Shown: positions 30,101 to 41,008, numbered from the stretch's first letter. The stretch: 64,000 nucleotides of DNA from Geopsychrobacteraceae bacterium (GCA_963676795.2 CAXXTB010000001.1:64001-128000), one strand, 5' to 3'. Numbers and translations are program-made. Notes: a model not told the origin generated them from the sequence alone.

Positions 30101-30724
30101 CTGGTCAAAGCGGCAACCTCGCCGTTTGCCCTGCTATCGGCGCTAGGCGGTGGCGATCAGGATTTCAGCAGCGTTGATTTCGCCAACGGGGTGGCGACGC
30201 TTGATGACAAACAGCTGGAGAAACTGCAGAGTCTGGCCAAGATGCTCTCCGATCGACCCGGGCTGACCCTGGAAATCACTGGTTTTGCCGATGCGGACAA
30301 CGATCCTGAAGCCTATCGCCAGGCTCAGCTGCAACGGATGATCAGCCAGGCCAAGTTTGCTGAGCTGGCCGATGAAGGGAAAACTCCGGAATCGATCAGC
30401 GATGTCACAGTCAGTGCGGAGGAATACCCCGACTACCTTCTGCAGGTCTACAAGGATGCGGAGTTCCCCCGTCCACGCAACGTTATCGGCATGCTCAAGG
30501 ATCTCCCCGATGAAGAAATGGAGAAGTTACTGCTGGCCAATATCATCGCCGGTGAAGAGCAGATTGCCGGGCTGGCTAAGAATCGCGCCCTGAGGGTACG
30601 CAACACCCTGGAAGAACTCAATCCGGAATTGAAGCCGCGCCTCTTCCTGAAGAGCGGTGACATCTACCAAAAACCGGAGACAGGCCCGGCCAGCCGGGTT
30701 GAGTTCAGCATTTCAGCAAAGTAG
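27155..30724 (+). CDS. DUF748-repeat (AsmA-like) envelope protein
   Basis: N-terminal anchor, FNPFTL, repeated beta-rich modules, SPYSGTYVGY and ATSLPVGLAIALLKD motifs. Confidence 0.88.
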   Translation: MRRWQKISLICLAVIVGLMLLSMLVVPWQLKKQGTNWIAQNTDRTLSIEKAYFNPFTLTVEVDGVKLSEQNTAAPFVSFSRLTLSVSSRSLIDWALILDRVELDDPFVNIARLSREEFNFSDFTRLGGDNPEQEDKTAEKEDKPLHFSLNNIVIRNGSLDFHDQASERESHHQVRQFDLSVPFIGNVPYLADVYVKPALFMFLNGAEVKATGELKPFHDSLETNLDVSFHGIKLPFYAEQSPLALPLRVEDGDIDFHLGLSYLVSASEEPQLLINGEFAMSDLVLKQLDGSDLFSMETLIIDLEEANIFKQQAHFLAIDIYTPELSVEHDADGLWTWQKLLPDSTPAAENSASSEETSAAQLPQVLIDSFAIHEGSIRYRDDTVPEGFNEDVEQINLTLTRLSTYPEQQTLAELKLLTGRKAQLGVSGDFTITPLQANVDVLLNGIALEPFYPYLAGQLTAPLKGTVNLGGHIRYTLDGNVLAEQIQVGLHDFRAPFGEQDYFSLPLLSLTGSSFDLNGQSIKLGELILQQGDAQITRLADGSVSPLLLIKPQPESSAEPQQVKQTNENTWQLNLAQLKLDAFKLKFTDETDSRTPVVSVPEFNLSAADLSYPKAQLAPFSINARIGKKGTVAVRGKVRHTPLQLNATTDIKAFPLADFNDFIPPDLNLKLKDGKLYTTLKTAVSQQDNNLLGDFSGGLNVSDFNLRDPLGSGEMLSWKNLNLNSIEGTLNPFALRIKELTLSDYLANITINEEGRINLTGLTAEEDSNEAEPGAEQKAEPVVAEEKGAGPAPDIRIDALTLQGGTVSFIDRHMPSTFATTMYQLGGRISGMTSDPEMQADVDLRGQLENHSPLSITGKLNPLSRDLFADLTLSFKDIDLTPMSPYSGTYVGYIIAKGKLNLDLDYHIEHQQIDADNRVMIDQFTFGDRVESDKATSLPVGLAIALLKDKNDEIHLDIPISGNLNDPKFSIAGAVWTIVRNLLVKAATSPFALLSALGGGDQDFSSVDFANGVATLDDKQLEKLQSLAKMLSDRPGLTLEITGFADADNDPEAYRQAQLQRMISQAKFAELADEGKTPESISDVTVSAEEYPDYLLQVYKDAEFPRPRNVIGMLKDLPDEEMEKLLLANIIAGEEQIAGLAKNRALRVRNTLEELNPELKPRLFLKSGDIYQKPETGPASRVEFSISAK

Positions 30725-30725
30725 G

Positions 30726-31541
30726 ATGATGAAACAGGTTCTGCTCGTCTGTTGTCTGTTGCTGACTGTTCCGTTCTCTTGTCATGCCTCCCCCCTGCTC
30801 AGCGGTCAACTGACCCAGGGGGGACTGGCTCACGGCCGGACAGAACCGGAGCATCAGGTCATTTATAATGAACGAAGTGTCCCCGTGAACAAAGATGGTC
30901 TTTTCATCATCGGTTTTGGCCGTGATGAAGAACCAGAGCAGAGTTTGACGATCATCGGGCCGGACGGCCAAGCCCGGGTCGAAACCTTTAAAATTTCCCG
31001 GCGCACTTACCAGATTGAGCGGATCAACGGGATCAGTCAAAGGATGATGGAACCTTCCGAGGAGGATCTGCAACGCATCGGCCAGGAAACGGAACTGGCC
31101 TCTGAAGCCCGCCAGATCTCCAGCTCACTCCCCTTTTTCCAGGACAAGTTCATCTGGCCGGTCACCGGCAGGATCAGCGGCGTCTACGGCAGCCAGCGGA
31201 TCATCAACGGCGAGCCACGCCGCCCGCATTACGGCATCGACATCGCAGCGACCAAGGGAACCCCTGTCATCGCCCCGGCCGGCGGGATCGTCACCCTGAT
31301 CCATGCCGGCATGTTCTTCTCCGGCAAGACCCTGATCATCGATCACGGCTTCGGCCTCTCATCCAGCTTTCTGCATCTCGACCGGATCCTCGTCAAAGAG
31401 GGGGACGAGGTCAGCCAGGGGCAGAGAATCGCCAGCGTCGGCGCGACCGGCCGGGTGACCGGTCCGCACCTCGACTGGCGGGTCAACTGGTTTCAGGAGC
31501 GGCTCGACCCGGCCCTGCTGGTACCGCCTATGGAACCCTAG
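30726..31541 (+). CDS. M23-family metallopeptidase
   Basis: HYGID, HLD and TGRVTGPHLDW motifs; signal peptide. Confidence 0.92.
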   Translation: MMKQVLLVCCLLLTVPFSCHASPLLSGQLTQGGLAHGRTEPEHQVIYNERSVPVNKDGLFIIGFGRDEEPEQSLTIIGPDGQARVETFKISRRTYQIERINGISQRMMEPSEEDLQRIGQETELASEARQISSSLPFFQDKFIWPVTGRISGVYGSQRIINGEPRRPHYGIDIAATKGTPVIAPAGGIVTLIHAGMFFSGKTLIIDHGFGLSSSFLHLDRILVKEGDEVSQGQRIASVGATGRVTGPHLDWRVNWFQERLDPALLVPPMEP

Positions 31542-31562
31542 AGGCCTTAATTGGTAACCTGC

Positions 31563-31667
31563 CAGTCTCCGGCATCCTCCTTTCCAGGGACGCATGAACC
31601 CATCCGTGGGGCTTGGCTGTCGCCATCCGGGCGCCAGGCACCCTTCCAAGGAGGATACCGAAGCCTG
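31563..31667. repeat. Structured intergenic element with an imperfect ~20-bp terminal inverted repeat
   Basis: CAGTCTCCGGCATCCTCCTT ... AAGGAGGATACCGAAGCCTG; two internal CCATCCG motifs; between convergent genes. Confidence 0.55.
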
Positions 31668-31689
31668 ATTGAGCGTGAGTGAAAAATAC

Positions 31690-32553
31690 TCAGTAGACCC
31701 TGCGCTTGGAGAAGGTCGAGCCGAGTACACTGAAGGTATTCTCAACAATAAACAGGGCATCGTCATCGATGGTAAAGACGATCTCTTCCAGTTTCTTGAG
31801 CTGGATATTGTTGATGACGACCATCAGCACGGTGCGGTCCTGTTTGTGATAGGCCCCCACCCCCGGCAGCATGGTGGTGCCGATCTTCAGATCGCTCATG
31901 ATCCGCTCGGCGACCTGATCCGGTTGCCCCGAAATAATAAAGGTCAGCTTGCGCTGGTTGAACATGGAAAGGACATAATCGACGGTCATCGATGAAGCAA
32001 AAACGGCGATCATCGAAGCGATGACCAGGTCGTGGTCCATAGCGATGAAACTGATCGAAAAAAGCACCAGATTGAAGCCGAAGTAGGTCTTGCCGATACC
32101 GATGTTGTATTTCTGGTTTAGAATCGAGGCGATGACATCGAGTCCGCCGTTAGAGCCGAGGGAACGCAGGACGATCCCGCCGCCGGTCCCGAGCAGGACG
32201 CCGAAAACCAGCGCAGCATAGAACTGGTTACCGAAAGAGATCTGAAAATCGATGAGCTGGTAAAACAGGGTCATCAACACCATCGTCAGGCCGCTGTAAA
32301 GGAGAAACCGGCGGGTGACGAAAAAATAGCCGAAAACGAACAGGATCAGGTTGAAGACCAGGTAGATATAGCCCGGATTGAGAAAATTGATCTTGTAATA
32401 GAGCAGTGACGAAACACCGAAGATACCGCCCGGAACAAAATGCTGGGGGATGGCAACGGCCTTGAAGGCGATCGCCTGAATCAGCGCCCCGACAATTATC
32501 AGGAAGATATTCCAAAAGATGCTGTAGGCCAGTTTGCTTTTTTTACCCTTCAT
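31690..32553 (-). CDS. YitT-family membrane protein
   Basis: PGGIFG, GSNGGLD and GAYH..IDDDALF motifs. Confidence 0.9.
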   Translation of the reverse strand: MKGKKSKLAYSIFWNIFLIIVGALIQAIAFKAVAIPQHFVPGGIFGVSSLLYYKINFLNPGYIYLVFNLILFVFGYFFVTRRFLLYSGLTMVLMTLFYQLIDFQISFGNQFYAALVFGVLLGTGGGIVLRSLGSNGGLDVIASILNQKYNIGIGKTYFGFNLVLFSISFIAMDHDLVIASMIAVFASSMTVDYVLSMFNQRKLTFIISGQPDQVAERIMSDLKIGTTMLPGVGAYHKQDRTVLMVVINNIQLKKLEEIVFTIDDDALFIVENTFSVLGSTFSKRRVY

Positions 32554-32683
32554 ATCTTATGCTCCGTGGTAGATGAGTATCGGCACTGAACTATCATTTC
32601 CGAGAACAAAATCTCAAGTTATTTTCCCGTAAGGGATTCAGCAGAGCTGCTACAAGCTCATAAAATTTATCAGGTAACAGGCA

Positions 32684-34693
<2,010 letters not shown>

Positions 34694-34700
34694 GCTGTGT

Positions 34701-35687
34701 TCAGAATGTATAGCCGACTGTCAGATAGGTGCTGAACTGCTGGCTTTCGATCTCATGATCGATCGTATGGTTATAAATACTGTCTGCGCCTGTAAAGGTC
34801 GCCCGTGACTCCCCTTCAGACTCTATTTTCATAAATGCCAGTTCCCCCCCAATGGACCAGTGAGGGGTCAATTTATAGCGTGCAGAAAGGTTTGCCATCA
34901 GGGCGAAACCATTCCAGCCATGATCGGCTTTATTAACTTTTCCGCGCAACAGATGCTGATCCTTGTCCGAAAAATGCACGAAAGGTGCATAGCCGACGGA
35001 AAGATCAAGGATAAACTTTTCGTGGGCATTCATCTTCATCGCCAGCTCGAGATAGGGAATCTGGTATTGAGCCTCATATTTGAGCACCAGCCCACTAACA
35101 CGATCATGTGGCGTAGCGGGCGCCGATGGATACCACTGATCCAGGTCATAAACAGCGAAATCAAAATCCTGGTATTTATAGCCAAGCCCTACGCTGTAAA
35201 TGAACCGGGGGGCGGCATCTGCAATCTGCGCATTGGCTGCGCCCTGCCCGTAGTAGCCTTCGTAAAAATTGTAGGAGACCTTCCCCTCAAAGACGAGCGC
35301 CGTCATCTCGGTGTCACTCTCCGAATAAACATCCAGACGATCAGGGTCAACCGGGGCATAAACACCCCAATCGGAATCTTCCATCTTGCCCGTATCCTCA
35401 GTCAGATTAGTCGCAGCGCTCACAGTGAAATTCCACCTTGATCCGATATTCCCATCAACCTGCCCCTTGACCATATAGGCGTCCAGAGGAAATTTCAGCT
35501 CACTGAGCGGAAAATGTATCTCTTCATCAGCAAGATAATCGTAATCGACATGGCCACCGATCTGGTACTGGGTATCACCGCTCAGATAGCCGCCTCCCAG
35601 TGAAAAATTGACTTCAGCCAGGCATGGTGAAATCGTCAGTGACAGGATAAAAACAATGAGCAGAACCACACTTCTGTAAAAAAACAT
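34701..35687 (-). CDS. Omptin-family outer-membrane protease-like protein
   Basis: Signal peptide; LSELKFP, GKMEDSDW and SDKDQHLLR match the omptin motif order; C-terminal GYTF; GGAGG RBS. Confidence 0.8.
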   Translation of the reverse strand: MFFYRSVVLLIVFILSLTISPCLAEVNFSLGGGYLSGDTQYQIGGHVDYDYLADEEIHFPLSELKFPLDAYMVKGQVDGNIGSRWNFTVSAATNLTEDTGKMEDSDWGVYAPVDPDRLDVYSESDTEMTALVFEGKVSYNFYEGYYGQGAANAQIADAAPRFIYSVGLGYKYQDFDFAVYDLDQWYPSAPATPHDRVSGLVLKYEAQYQIPYLELAMKMNAHEKFILDLSVGYAPFVHFSDKDQHLLRGKVNKADHGWNGFALMANLSARYKLTPHWSIGGELAFMKIESEGESRATFTGADSIYNHTIDHEIESQQFSTYLTVGYTF

Positions 35688-35828
35688 AACGCCCCTCCAA
35701 AAAAAGCATAAGAATTTAAACAAAATAGAAAATAAAGATTACTGTTGCTGCTGTCAATTCACATTAATAAAGAGAGAAATTCACCTCTCTATTTTATGTC
35801 CGATCAGAGTTGAGACAGGGGGTGACGA

Positions 35829-36797
35829 TCACATCACACCACCAAGCAACAGCCCCCCGACGATCAGTGCCAGGGCAACCCGGTAATAGCCGAATATAGC
35901 CAGACCGTGACGGTTCAGATAGCCGACCATCCATTTTACCGAAACAATGGCAGCAATAAAGGCGAAGAATACGCCAACGGCCAGCGACAGGCCATCGAAC
36001 ATCTGCAGCATCAGCTGGCCATGCTTGAGGGTATCATAGGCGGTCGCAGCACCGAGGGTGATCAGCCCGAGTAGAAAGCTGAACTCGACCGCGGCGGAGA
36101 GCGACAGACCGACCAGCAGGCCACCGACGATGGTTGCCAGGCTGCGGCTGACCCCGGGCCACATGGCGACGCACTGGGCAAAACCGACAATCAGCGCCAT
36201 CTTCCAGGTGAGTTCGGTCAGAGACAGACCAACCCTGCTTTTCTCCCTGTTCCGATTAAAACGACTGACCAGCAGAATCGCCAGACCGCCGATGAACCAG
36301 GCGATAACCACCGGCCAGACGCCAAACAGCAGCGATTTGATCAGCTTGTTGAATAACAGGCCGATAACGGCCGCTGGCAGAAAACCCGCGATAACATTGA
36401 TCAGCAACCGTGCGCCATCCCTGTCCTTACCAACCAACCCGAACAGCATCTGCTTGACCCGCCGGAAATAAAGACCGAGCACGGCGATGATCGCCCCCGC
36501 CTGGATACAGATGGTGTAGGCGTCGCTCGCCTCCTTGGCACGCTGGTTCTCCTCAAGCGAAGCCCCCGTCGGTTCGCCGATGCCCAGAATCCGTTCGGCC
36601 AGCAGCAGATGCCCGGTCGAACTGACCGGCAGGTATTCGGTCAGCCCTTCGACCACCCCCAGGACAGCCGCCTGCCCCAGAGACAGCCCGTTCTTTTGCG
36701 TCTGAGCGTCAGAGGCCAGGCTGGTCCCGAAGCAAAACAGTAAACTGCAGCCAATCAACAATAAGACCAGAATGTTTTTTGTGAAATTCATCATCAT
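35829..36797 (-). CDS. uppP: Undecaprenyl-diphosphate phosphatase (BacA/UppP)
   Basis: VEGLTEYLPVSSTGH, IQAGA, PGVSRS, EFSFLL and FGYYR motifs. Start uncertain (MMM run at 36797-36791). Confidence 0.93.
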   Translation of the reverse strand: MMMNFTKNILVLLLIGCSLLFCFGTSLASDAQTQKNGLSLGQAAVLGVVEGLTEYLPVSSTGHLLLAERILGIGEPTGASLEENQRAKEASDAYTICIQAGAIIAVLGLYFRRVKQMLFGLVGKDRDGARLLINVIAGFLPAAVIGLLFNKLIKSLLFGVWPVVIAWFIGGLAILLVSRFNRNREKSRVGLSLTELTWKMALIVGFAQCVAMWPGVSRSLATIVGGLLVGLSLSAAVEFSFLLGLITLGAATAYDTLKHGQLMLQMFDGLSLAVGVFFAFIAAIVSVKWMVGYLNRHGLAIFGYYRVALALIVGGLLLGGVM

Positions 36798-36893
36798 ATC
36801 CAGTTCAATATCATATAAGACAGTTACCATCTAAAACTTAAACTGGTAACGAGCATGTTTTCCATGTTCGGATCATCAAGTCTGGTTCAAAAC

Positions 36894-36950
36894 ACCCCCC
36901 TCAATCCCCCCTATAGAATTGGGGGGAAGAGAGTTTACGAGCAGGGGGGG
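36894..36950 (-). repeat. ~57-bp palindromic repeat family A, copy 1
   Basis: Reverse complement is CCCCCCTGCTCGTAAACTCTCTTCCCCCC..TAGGGGGGATTGAGGGGG, matching copies 2 and 3. Confidence 0.88.
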
Positions 36951-36957
36951 CTTGTCA

Positions 36958-37569
36958 TCAAACGGCTGACCGGGCTTTTTTCCGGCGAATCATGACATAG
37001 ACAATGATGAGCGCCAGACACAAGATCGCCAGGACGAACAGGACCTGGTGCAGATACCGACTGATCAACTCCTGGTTGTTGCCGATCAAATAACCGGCCA
37101 GGGCGAGAATGATGACCCAGATCGCTGCGCCCAGGGCGGTAAACAGAGCAAAGATCGGCAGGTTCATGCGCGCCAGCCCGGCGGGCAGACTGATATACTG
37201 GCGGATGCCGGGTAGCAACCGGGCGATGAAGGTGGAGATATGCCCATGCCGGGCAAAGAACTTTTCGGCCTTGACCAGCGAGGATTCGCTGATCAGCACA
37301 TAGCGGCCATAACGCTCAAACAGCGGGCGCCCCCATTTGACCGCAATCCAGTAATTGAAACAGCCGCCCAACAGGCTGCCGACAACCCCCGAAACGATGA
37401 CCATCGCCAACGACATCTCCCCCTGCGCGGCCAGATAACCGGCCGGCGGGATGACCACTTCACTTGGAAACGGGAAAAATGATGATTCCAGAAACATCAG
37501 GAAGACAATCCCCGGATAACCCCAGAGACTGACCGTATCAACGATCCAGGCAATAACTTGATGAAACAT
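36958..37569 (-). CDS. DedA-family membrane protein
   Basis: [24 protein letters not shown] and [14 protein letters not shown] motifs. Confidence 0.93.
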   Translation of the reverse strand: MFHQVIAWIVDTVSLWGYPGIVFLMFLESSFFPFPSEVVIPPAGYLAAQGEMSLAMVIVSGVVGSLLGGCFNYWIAVKWGRPLFERYGRYVLISESSLVKAEKFFARHGHISTFIARLLPGIRQYISLPAGLARMNLPIFALFTALGAAIWVIILALAGYLIGNNQELISRYLHQVLFVLAILCLALIIVYVMIRRKKARSAV

Positions 37570-37736
37570 TGGGACCCTTTGTATTTTCAAGGAGACTGCA
37601 ACAGCGCATATTAGTTCAAGGCTGTACCTTGCTTAATAGAAAAAACTTAAGAAAAGATGAAGAAACCATAAAATCGCAAAATATACAAAAAAAACGGCAG
37701 CGTCATGGATATATCCAATCATCAGGATATTCCCTA

Positions 37737-37765
37737 TTGAAGAAAACGATAATTCAACGTAGACT
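37737..37765 (+). promoter_or_regulatory. Sigma70-type promoter for tRNA-Sec
   Basis: TTGAAG-N17-TAGACT ending 11 nt before the tRNA 5' end. Confidence 0.65.
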
Positions 37766-37776
37766 TTTTTGCATGC

Positions 37777-37872
37777 GGAGGTAGTCAGTTCTCTGGTGAG
37801 GCTCACGGTCTTCAAAACCGATGGGAGGCGTATCCCGTCTCTGGTGTGTTCGATTCACATCTACCTCCGCCA
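37777..37872 (+). tRNA. selC: tRNA-Sec (anticodon UCA)
   Basis: 96 nt; 8-bp acceptor stem GGAGGTAG/CTACCTCC, D-loop TGGT, anticodon loop CTTCAAA, 7-bp variable arm, 5-bp T-stem with a TTCGATT loop, G discriminator and encoded CCA. This is the bacterial 8/5 Sec fold. Confidence 0.93.
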
Positions 37873-38007
37873 TATCTACAAAAAGGTCATGGAAACATCC
37901 ATGGCTGTTGTTGCACCAGACGCCTGTTTAGGCATCCTGCTTTTCGAGCCTGCTCAATCATTTCACTCGCCCAAAGACGTCTGCCACTAACGAACAGAGG
38001 GGACAGT

Positions 38008-38778
38008 ATGATTTACCAGTTCTACTTTTCACCGACCGGTTCCAGCAAAAAGATTGCGCAGAGTATCACCAGTGGTATCACTTCAGAGGGCAGTGAGGAG
38101 TATGACCTGACCCTTCCGGGGCACAGTCCCGAGCTGCAGCTGAAAGAAGGAGTGGCGATCTTCTCGGCGCCGGTCTATGCCGGACGGGTCGCGATCCAGT
38201 TTCTCGAGCGGATCGCCAAGATCAAAGGAAATGACACACCTGCCGTCGTCCTGGTCAGCTACGGCAACCGCGCTTATGAAGATGCCCTCCTGGAGCTGAG
38301 CGATGTTGTCAGCGCCCAGGGGTTTAAGGTCATCGGCGCGGCCGCCTTCATCGGCGAACATTCCTACGCGACAGCCGACTATCCCGTTGCTCTTGGCCGC
38401 CCGTTGGCGGCAGACCTGGCCAAAGCCACGGACTTCGGGCGCAAGATCAGCAGCAAATTGGCGCTGAACGATTTCACTCAACCGGCAATTCCCGGAAACG
38501 ACGAATATCGTGAAAGAACCACTTTCGGCGGGATAGCGCCAGGCACAGATGAGGCGACCTGCACCGCCTGTGGCCGATGTGTCAGCCTCTGCCCGACCGG
38601 GATCATCTCACTGAACGGCAAGATTGCTACCGATGCCTCCGGCTGTACCATGTGTTGCGCCTGCGTCAAAGGCTGCCCGACCGGTGCCCGCAGCTTCAAT
38701 CCACCACCGATTCAGGAGAAACGCGCCCTGCTGACAAAGAACTGCAGCCAGCCGAAACAGCCGGAGCTGTTTCTCTGA
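38008..38778 (+). CDS. Flavodoxin-like plus 2x[4Fe-4S] ferredoxin protein (EFR1-like)
   Basis: YFSPTGSS, PVYAG, YGNRAYEDAL, CTACGRCVSLCP and CTMCCACVKGCP motifs; GAGGGG RBS. Confidence 0.88.
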   Translation: MIYQFYFSPTGSSKKIAQSITSGITSEGSEEYDLTLPGHSPELQLKEGVAIFSAPVYAGRVAIQFLERIAKIKGNDTPAVVLVSYGNRAYEDALLELSDVVSAQGFKVIGAAAFIGEHSYATADYPVALGRPLAADLAKATDFGRKISSKLALNDFTQPAIPGNDEYRERTTFGGIAPGTDEATCTACGRCVSLCPTGIISLNGKIATDASGCTMCCACVKGCPTGARSFNPPPIQEKRALLTKNCSQPKQPELFL

Positions 38779-38865
38779 AACCTGTAGCGGGATCTTGAAA
38801 GCAAACCCCGGGCTTATCCGCTATAATTGGTGAAAAGGTAAAATCGTTTCTCCGGGAGGTGCGCT

Positions 38866-39036
38866 ATGATCAAGTTATCACTCAATGACAAGGAACAGGA
38901 AATCCTCGACCTGGCACTGCTGGCAACCCTCAACCGTCTCAGCGATGAAATTTCCCATACCGATCTCGCTGAATACCGCGACATGCTCAAAGAGCGCAAA
39001 GAAGTCCTGCTGAAAATCCAGGACAAGCTGCACTGA
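38866..39036 (+). CDS. Small hypothetical protein, 56 aa (below the ORF-track cutoff)
   Basis: MIKLSLNDKEQEILDLALLATLNRLSDEISHTDLAEYRDMLKERKEVLLKIQDKLH; GGAGGT RBS; host-like codons; followed by a terminator. Confidence 0.82.
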   Translation: MIKLSLNDKEQEILDLALLATLNRLSDEISHTDLAEYRDMLKERKEVLLKIQDKLH

Positions 39037-39044
39037 TCGACACC

Positions 39045-39080
39045 GGGCGTCCTCTCCCACGGAAAGGACGCTCTCTTTTT
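39045..39080 (+). terminator. Intrinsic terminator
   Basis: GGGCGTCCT/AGGACGCTC stem followed by TCTTTTT. Confidence 0.65.
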
Positions 39081-39324
39081 ACTGCAGGTGAAAAATTTTC
39101 AGATACAATTTTCAACAAATTAGCCAGTCTTTCCCAAAATCCGCTTGTTCCCGGTATTGCTCGTCGCTATAGTACCAATTTTCGCGCCTGATCAAACTTC
39201 AGCCTTGCCTGCGGAAAGCCGATATCCAGCGCTGCTGGCTGAACGCACTGTCAGTAATGAGAAATGCGTCCTGCAGCCATGATGGGTGTCGTTGGCAATG
39301 TCGCTGCTGAAATTGAAAGATGAA

Positions 39325-40083
39325 ATGCTTGTGAAAACAGCCGCACTGGAAATCAAGGGAAGCCTTCTTACCGTTCTGGTCTTGCAAGTCAACAGTACAG
39401 ATCAGGATCTGCTGTCCGCTCAACTGCAGGAAAAGATCGTCAAGGACAGCCCCTTCTTCGCCAATACGCCAATCATAATCGATTTGAGTGCCATTGAAGA
39501 AACCGCCCAGAGGGAACTTGACCTGGTGGGCCTTGTCTCGGCCCTGCGCGAACGTGGAGTCGTTCCGGTCGCCCTGCGCGGCGCGGCAGACGAGCTTACT
39601 CCCAAGGCCCTTGAGACAGGTATCGGCATCCTGCCGTCCTCCAACCTGAGCAGAAAAGCAGAACAGGCCGAAGAAGAACTTAGAGAGCAACCTGCGGATA
39701 AAACGGAACAGCTTCCGCCCGAACAACATTGCGAAAAAGTCAGAACCAGAGTCATCTCCCAGCCGATCCGTTCTGGCCAGCAGATCTTCGCCCAGGGAGA
39801 TCTGGTTATTCTCTCGTCGGTCAACGCCGGTGCCGAGGTTCTCGCCAAGGGGAATATCCATGTTTACGGCCCTCTGCGCGGCCGGGCTCTGGCCGGTGTC
39901 GAGGGGGATGAATCTGCCTGTATCTTCAGCCTCCAGTGCAACCCGGAGCTGATCGCAGTCGCCGGTGATTACATGGTCAACGAATCGCTCGACAGCAAGA
40001 TCGTCAACCAGAGCGTGATGATCAGCCGCAATAGCGAAGGTCTGGTCTTCAGCCCGCTGGGAGCGGGGCAGGGGAAATCATAG
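39325..40083 (+). CDS. minC: Septum site-determining protein MinC
   Basis: LEIKGS, SPFFANTP, IRSGQQI and GNIHVYGPLRGRALAG motifs; start approximate. Confidence 0.93.
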   Translation: MLVKTAALEIKGSLLTVLVLQVNSTDQDLLSAQLQEKIVKDSPFFANTPIIIDLSAIEETAQRELDLVGLVSALRERGVVPVALRGAADELTPKALETGIGILPSSNLSRKAEQAEEELREQPADKTEQLPPEQHCEKVRTRVISQPIRSGQQIFAQGDLVILSSVNAGAEVLAKGNIHVYGPLRGRALAGVEGDESACIFSLQCNPELIAVAGDYMVNESLDSKIVNQSVMISRNSEGLVFSPLGAGQGKS

Positions 40084-40195
40084 AAATACTTTTTGAGTCT
40101 CTGCCGCCGCAATACGGCGGCAGTTTCCGGATAGTTGTTCAAACTGAACGGCAAAATGAAAACGCTCGTAAGACCATGTCCTTAAGGAGGAGATC

Positions 40196-41008
40196 TTGGC
40201 AAAAGTTGTTGTAGTTACGTCCGGAAAGGGCGGAGTCGGTAAAACGACCACCAGCGCCGCATTTGCGTCGGGGCTGGCATTGCGGGGATATAAAACTGTC
40301 GTCATCGATTTCGATGTCGGTCTGCGTAACCTGGACCTGATCATGGGCTGCGAAAGACGGGTCGTCTATGACCTGCTCAACGTCATCCATGGCGAAGGGT
40401 CGCTCAAACAGGCGCTGATCAGGGACAAGAGGATCGACAACCTCTACATCCTGCCGGCCTCGCAGACCCGGGACAAGGAATCGCTGACCATCGAAGGCGT
40501 CGGCCAGGTGATCGATGAACTGAAAAAGGACTTCGATTACATCATCTGCGATTCTCCGGCCGGAATCGAAAAGGGTGCCATCGCCGCCATGTACTATGCC
40601 GACGAAGCCCTGGTCGTCACCAATCCGGAAGTCTCATCGGTACGCGATTCCGACCGTATTATCGGCATGCTGGCCAGCAAGACTGAAAAGGCGAAAAGCG
40701 GCGAAGAAATCAAGGTTCACCTGGTCGTCACCCGCTACGATGCGGCCCGGGTCGTCAGGGGCGACATGCTGAGCGTCTACGATGTCAAAGAGATCCTGGC
40801 GATCCCGACGCTCGGGGTTATACCGGAATCGAAATCGGTGCTGGTTGCCTCGAACTCGGGCGTTCCTGTGGTTCTTGATGACAAGAGTGACGCTGGCGGG
40901 GCCTATTTCGACACGGTCGACAGGTTCCTCGGCGAGGAGCGCGAGTTCCGCTTTATGGATGCTCCGAAAAACGGTTTCTTCTCTCGTATATTTGGTAAAG
41001 CGGTATGA
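40196..41008 (+). CDS. minD: Septum site-determining ATPase MinD
   Basis: TSGKGGVGKTT, DVGLRNLD and DSPAGIE motifs; C-terminal amphipathic GFFSRIFG; TTG start after AGGAGG. Confidence 0.97.
   Translation: MAKVVVVTSGKGGVGKTTTSAAFASGLALRGYKTVVIDFDVGLRNLDLIMGCERRVVYDLLNVIHGEGSLKQALIRDKRIDNLYILPASQTRDKESLTIEGVGQVIDELKKDFDYIICDSPAGIEKGAIAAMYYADEALVVTNPEVSSVRDSDRIIGMLASKTEKAKSGEEIKVHLVVTRYDAARVVRGDMLSVYDVKEILAIPTLGVIPESKSVLVASNSGVPVVLDDKSDAGGAYFDTVDRFLGEEREFRFMDAPKNGFFSRIFGKAV

Noticed and set aside
32554..32683. LexA box upstream of uvrB
   Set aside because: No convincing match to the CTGT-N8-ACAG, GAAC-N4-GTTC or Geobacter-type patterns.
36894..36950. Repeat families A and B as CRISPR repeats
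   Set aside because: The copies are dispersed, not regularly spaced with unique spacers, and there are no cas genes.
37861..37872. Genomic island integrated at selC
   Set aside because: No integrase follows the tRNA and I saw no duplicated 3' end in the window.
37846..38007. 54-aa N-terminal extension (containing CCC) of the ferredoxin ORF
   Set aside because: It starts inside the tRNA-Sec gene, and a good RBS precedes ATG 38008.
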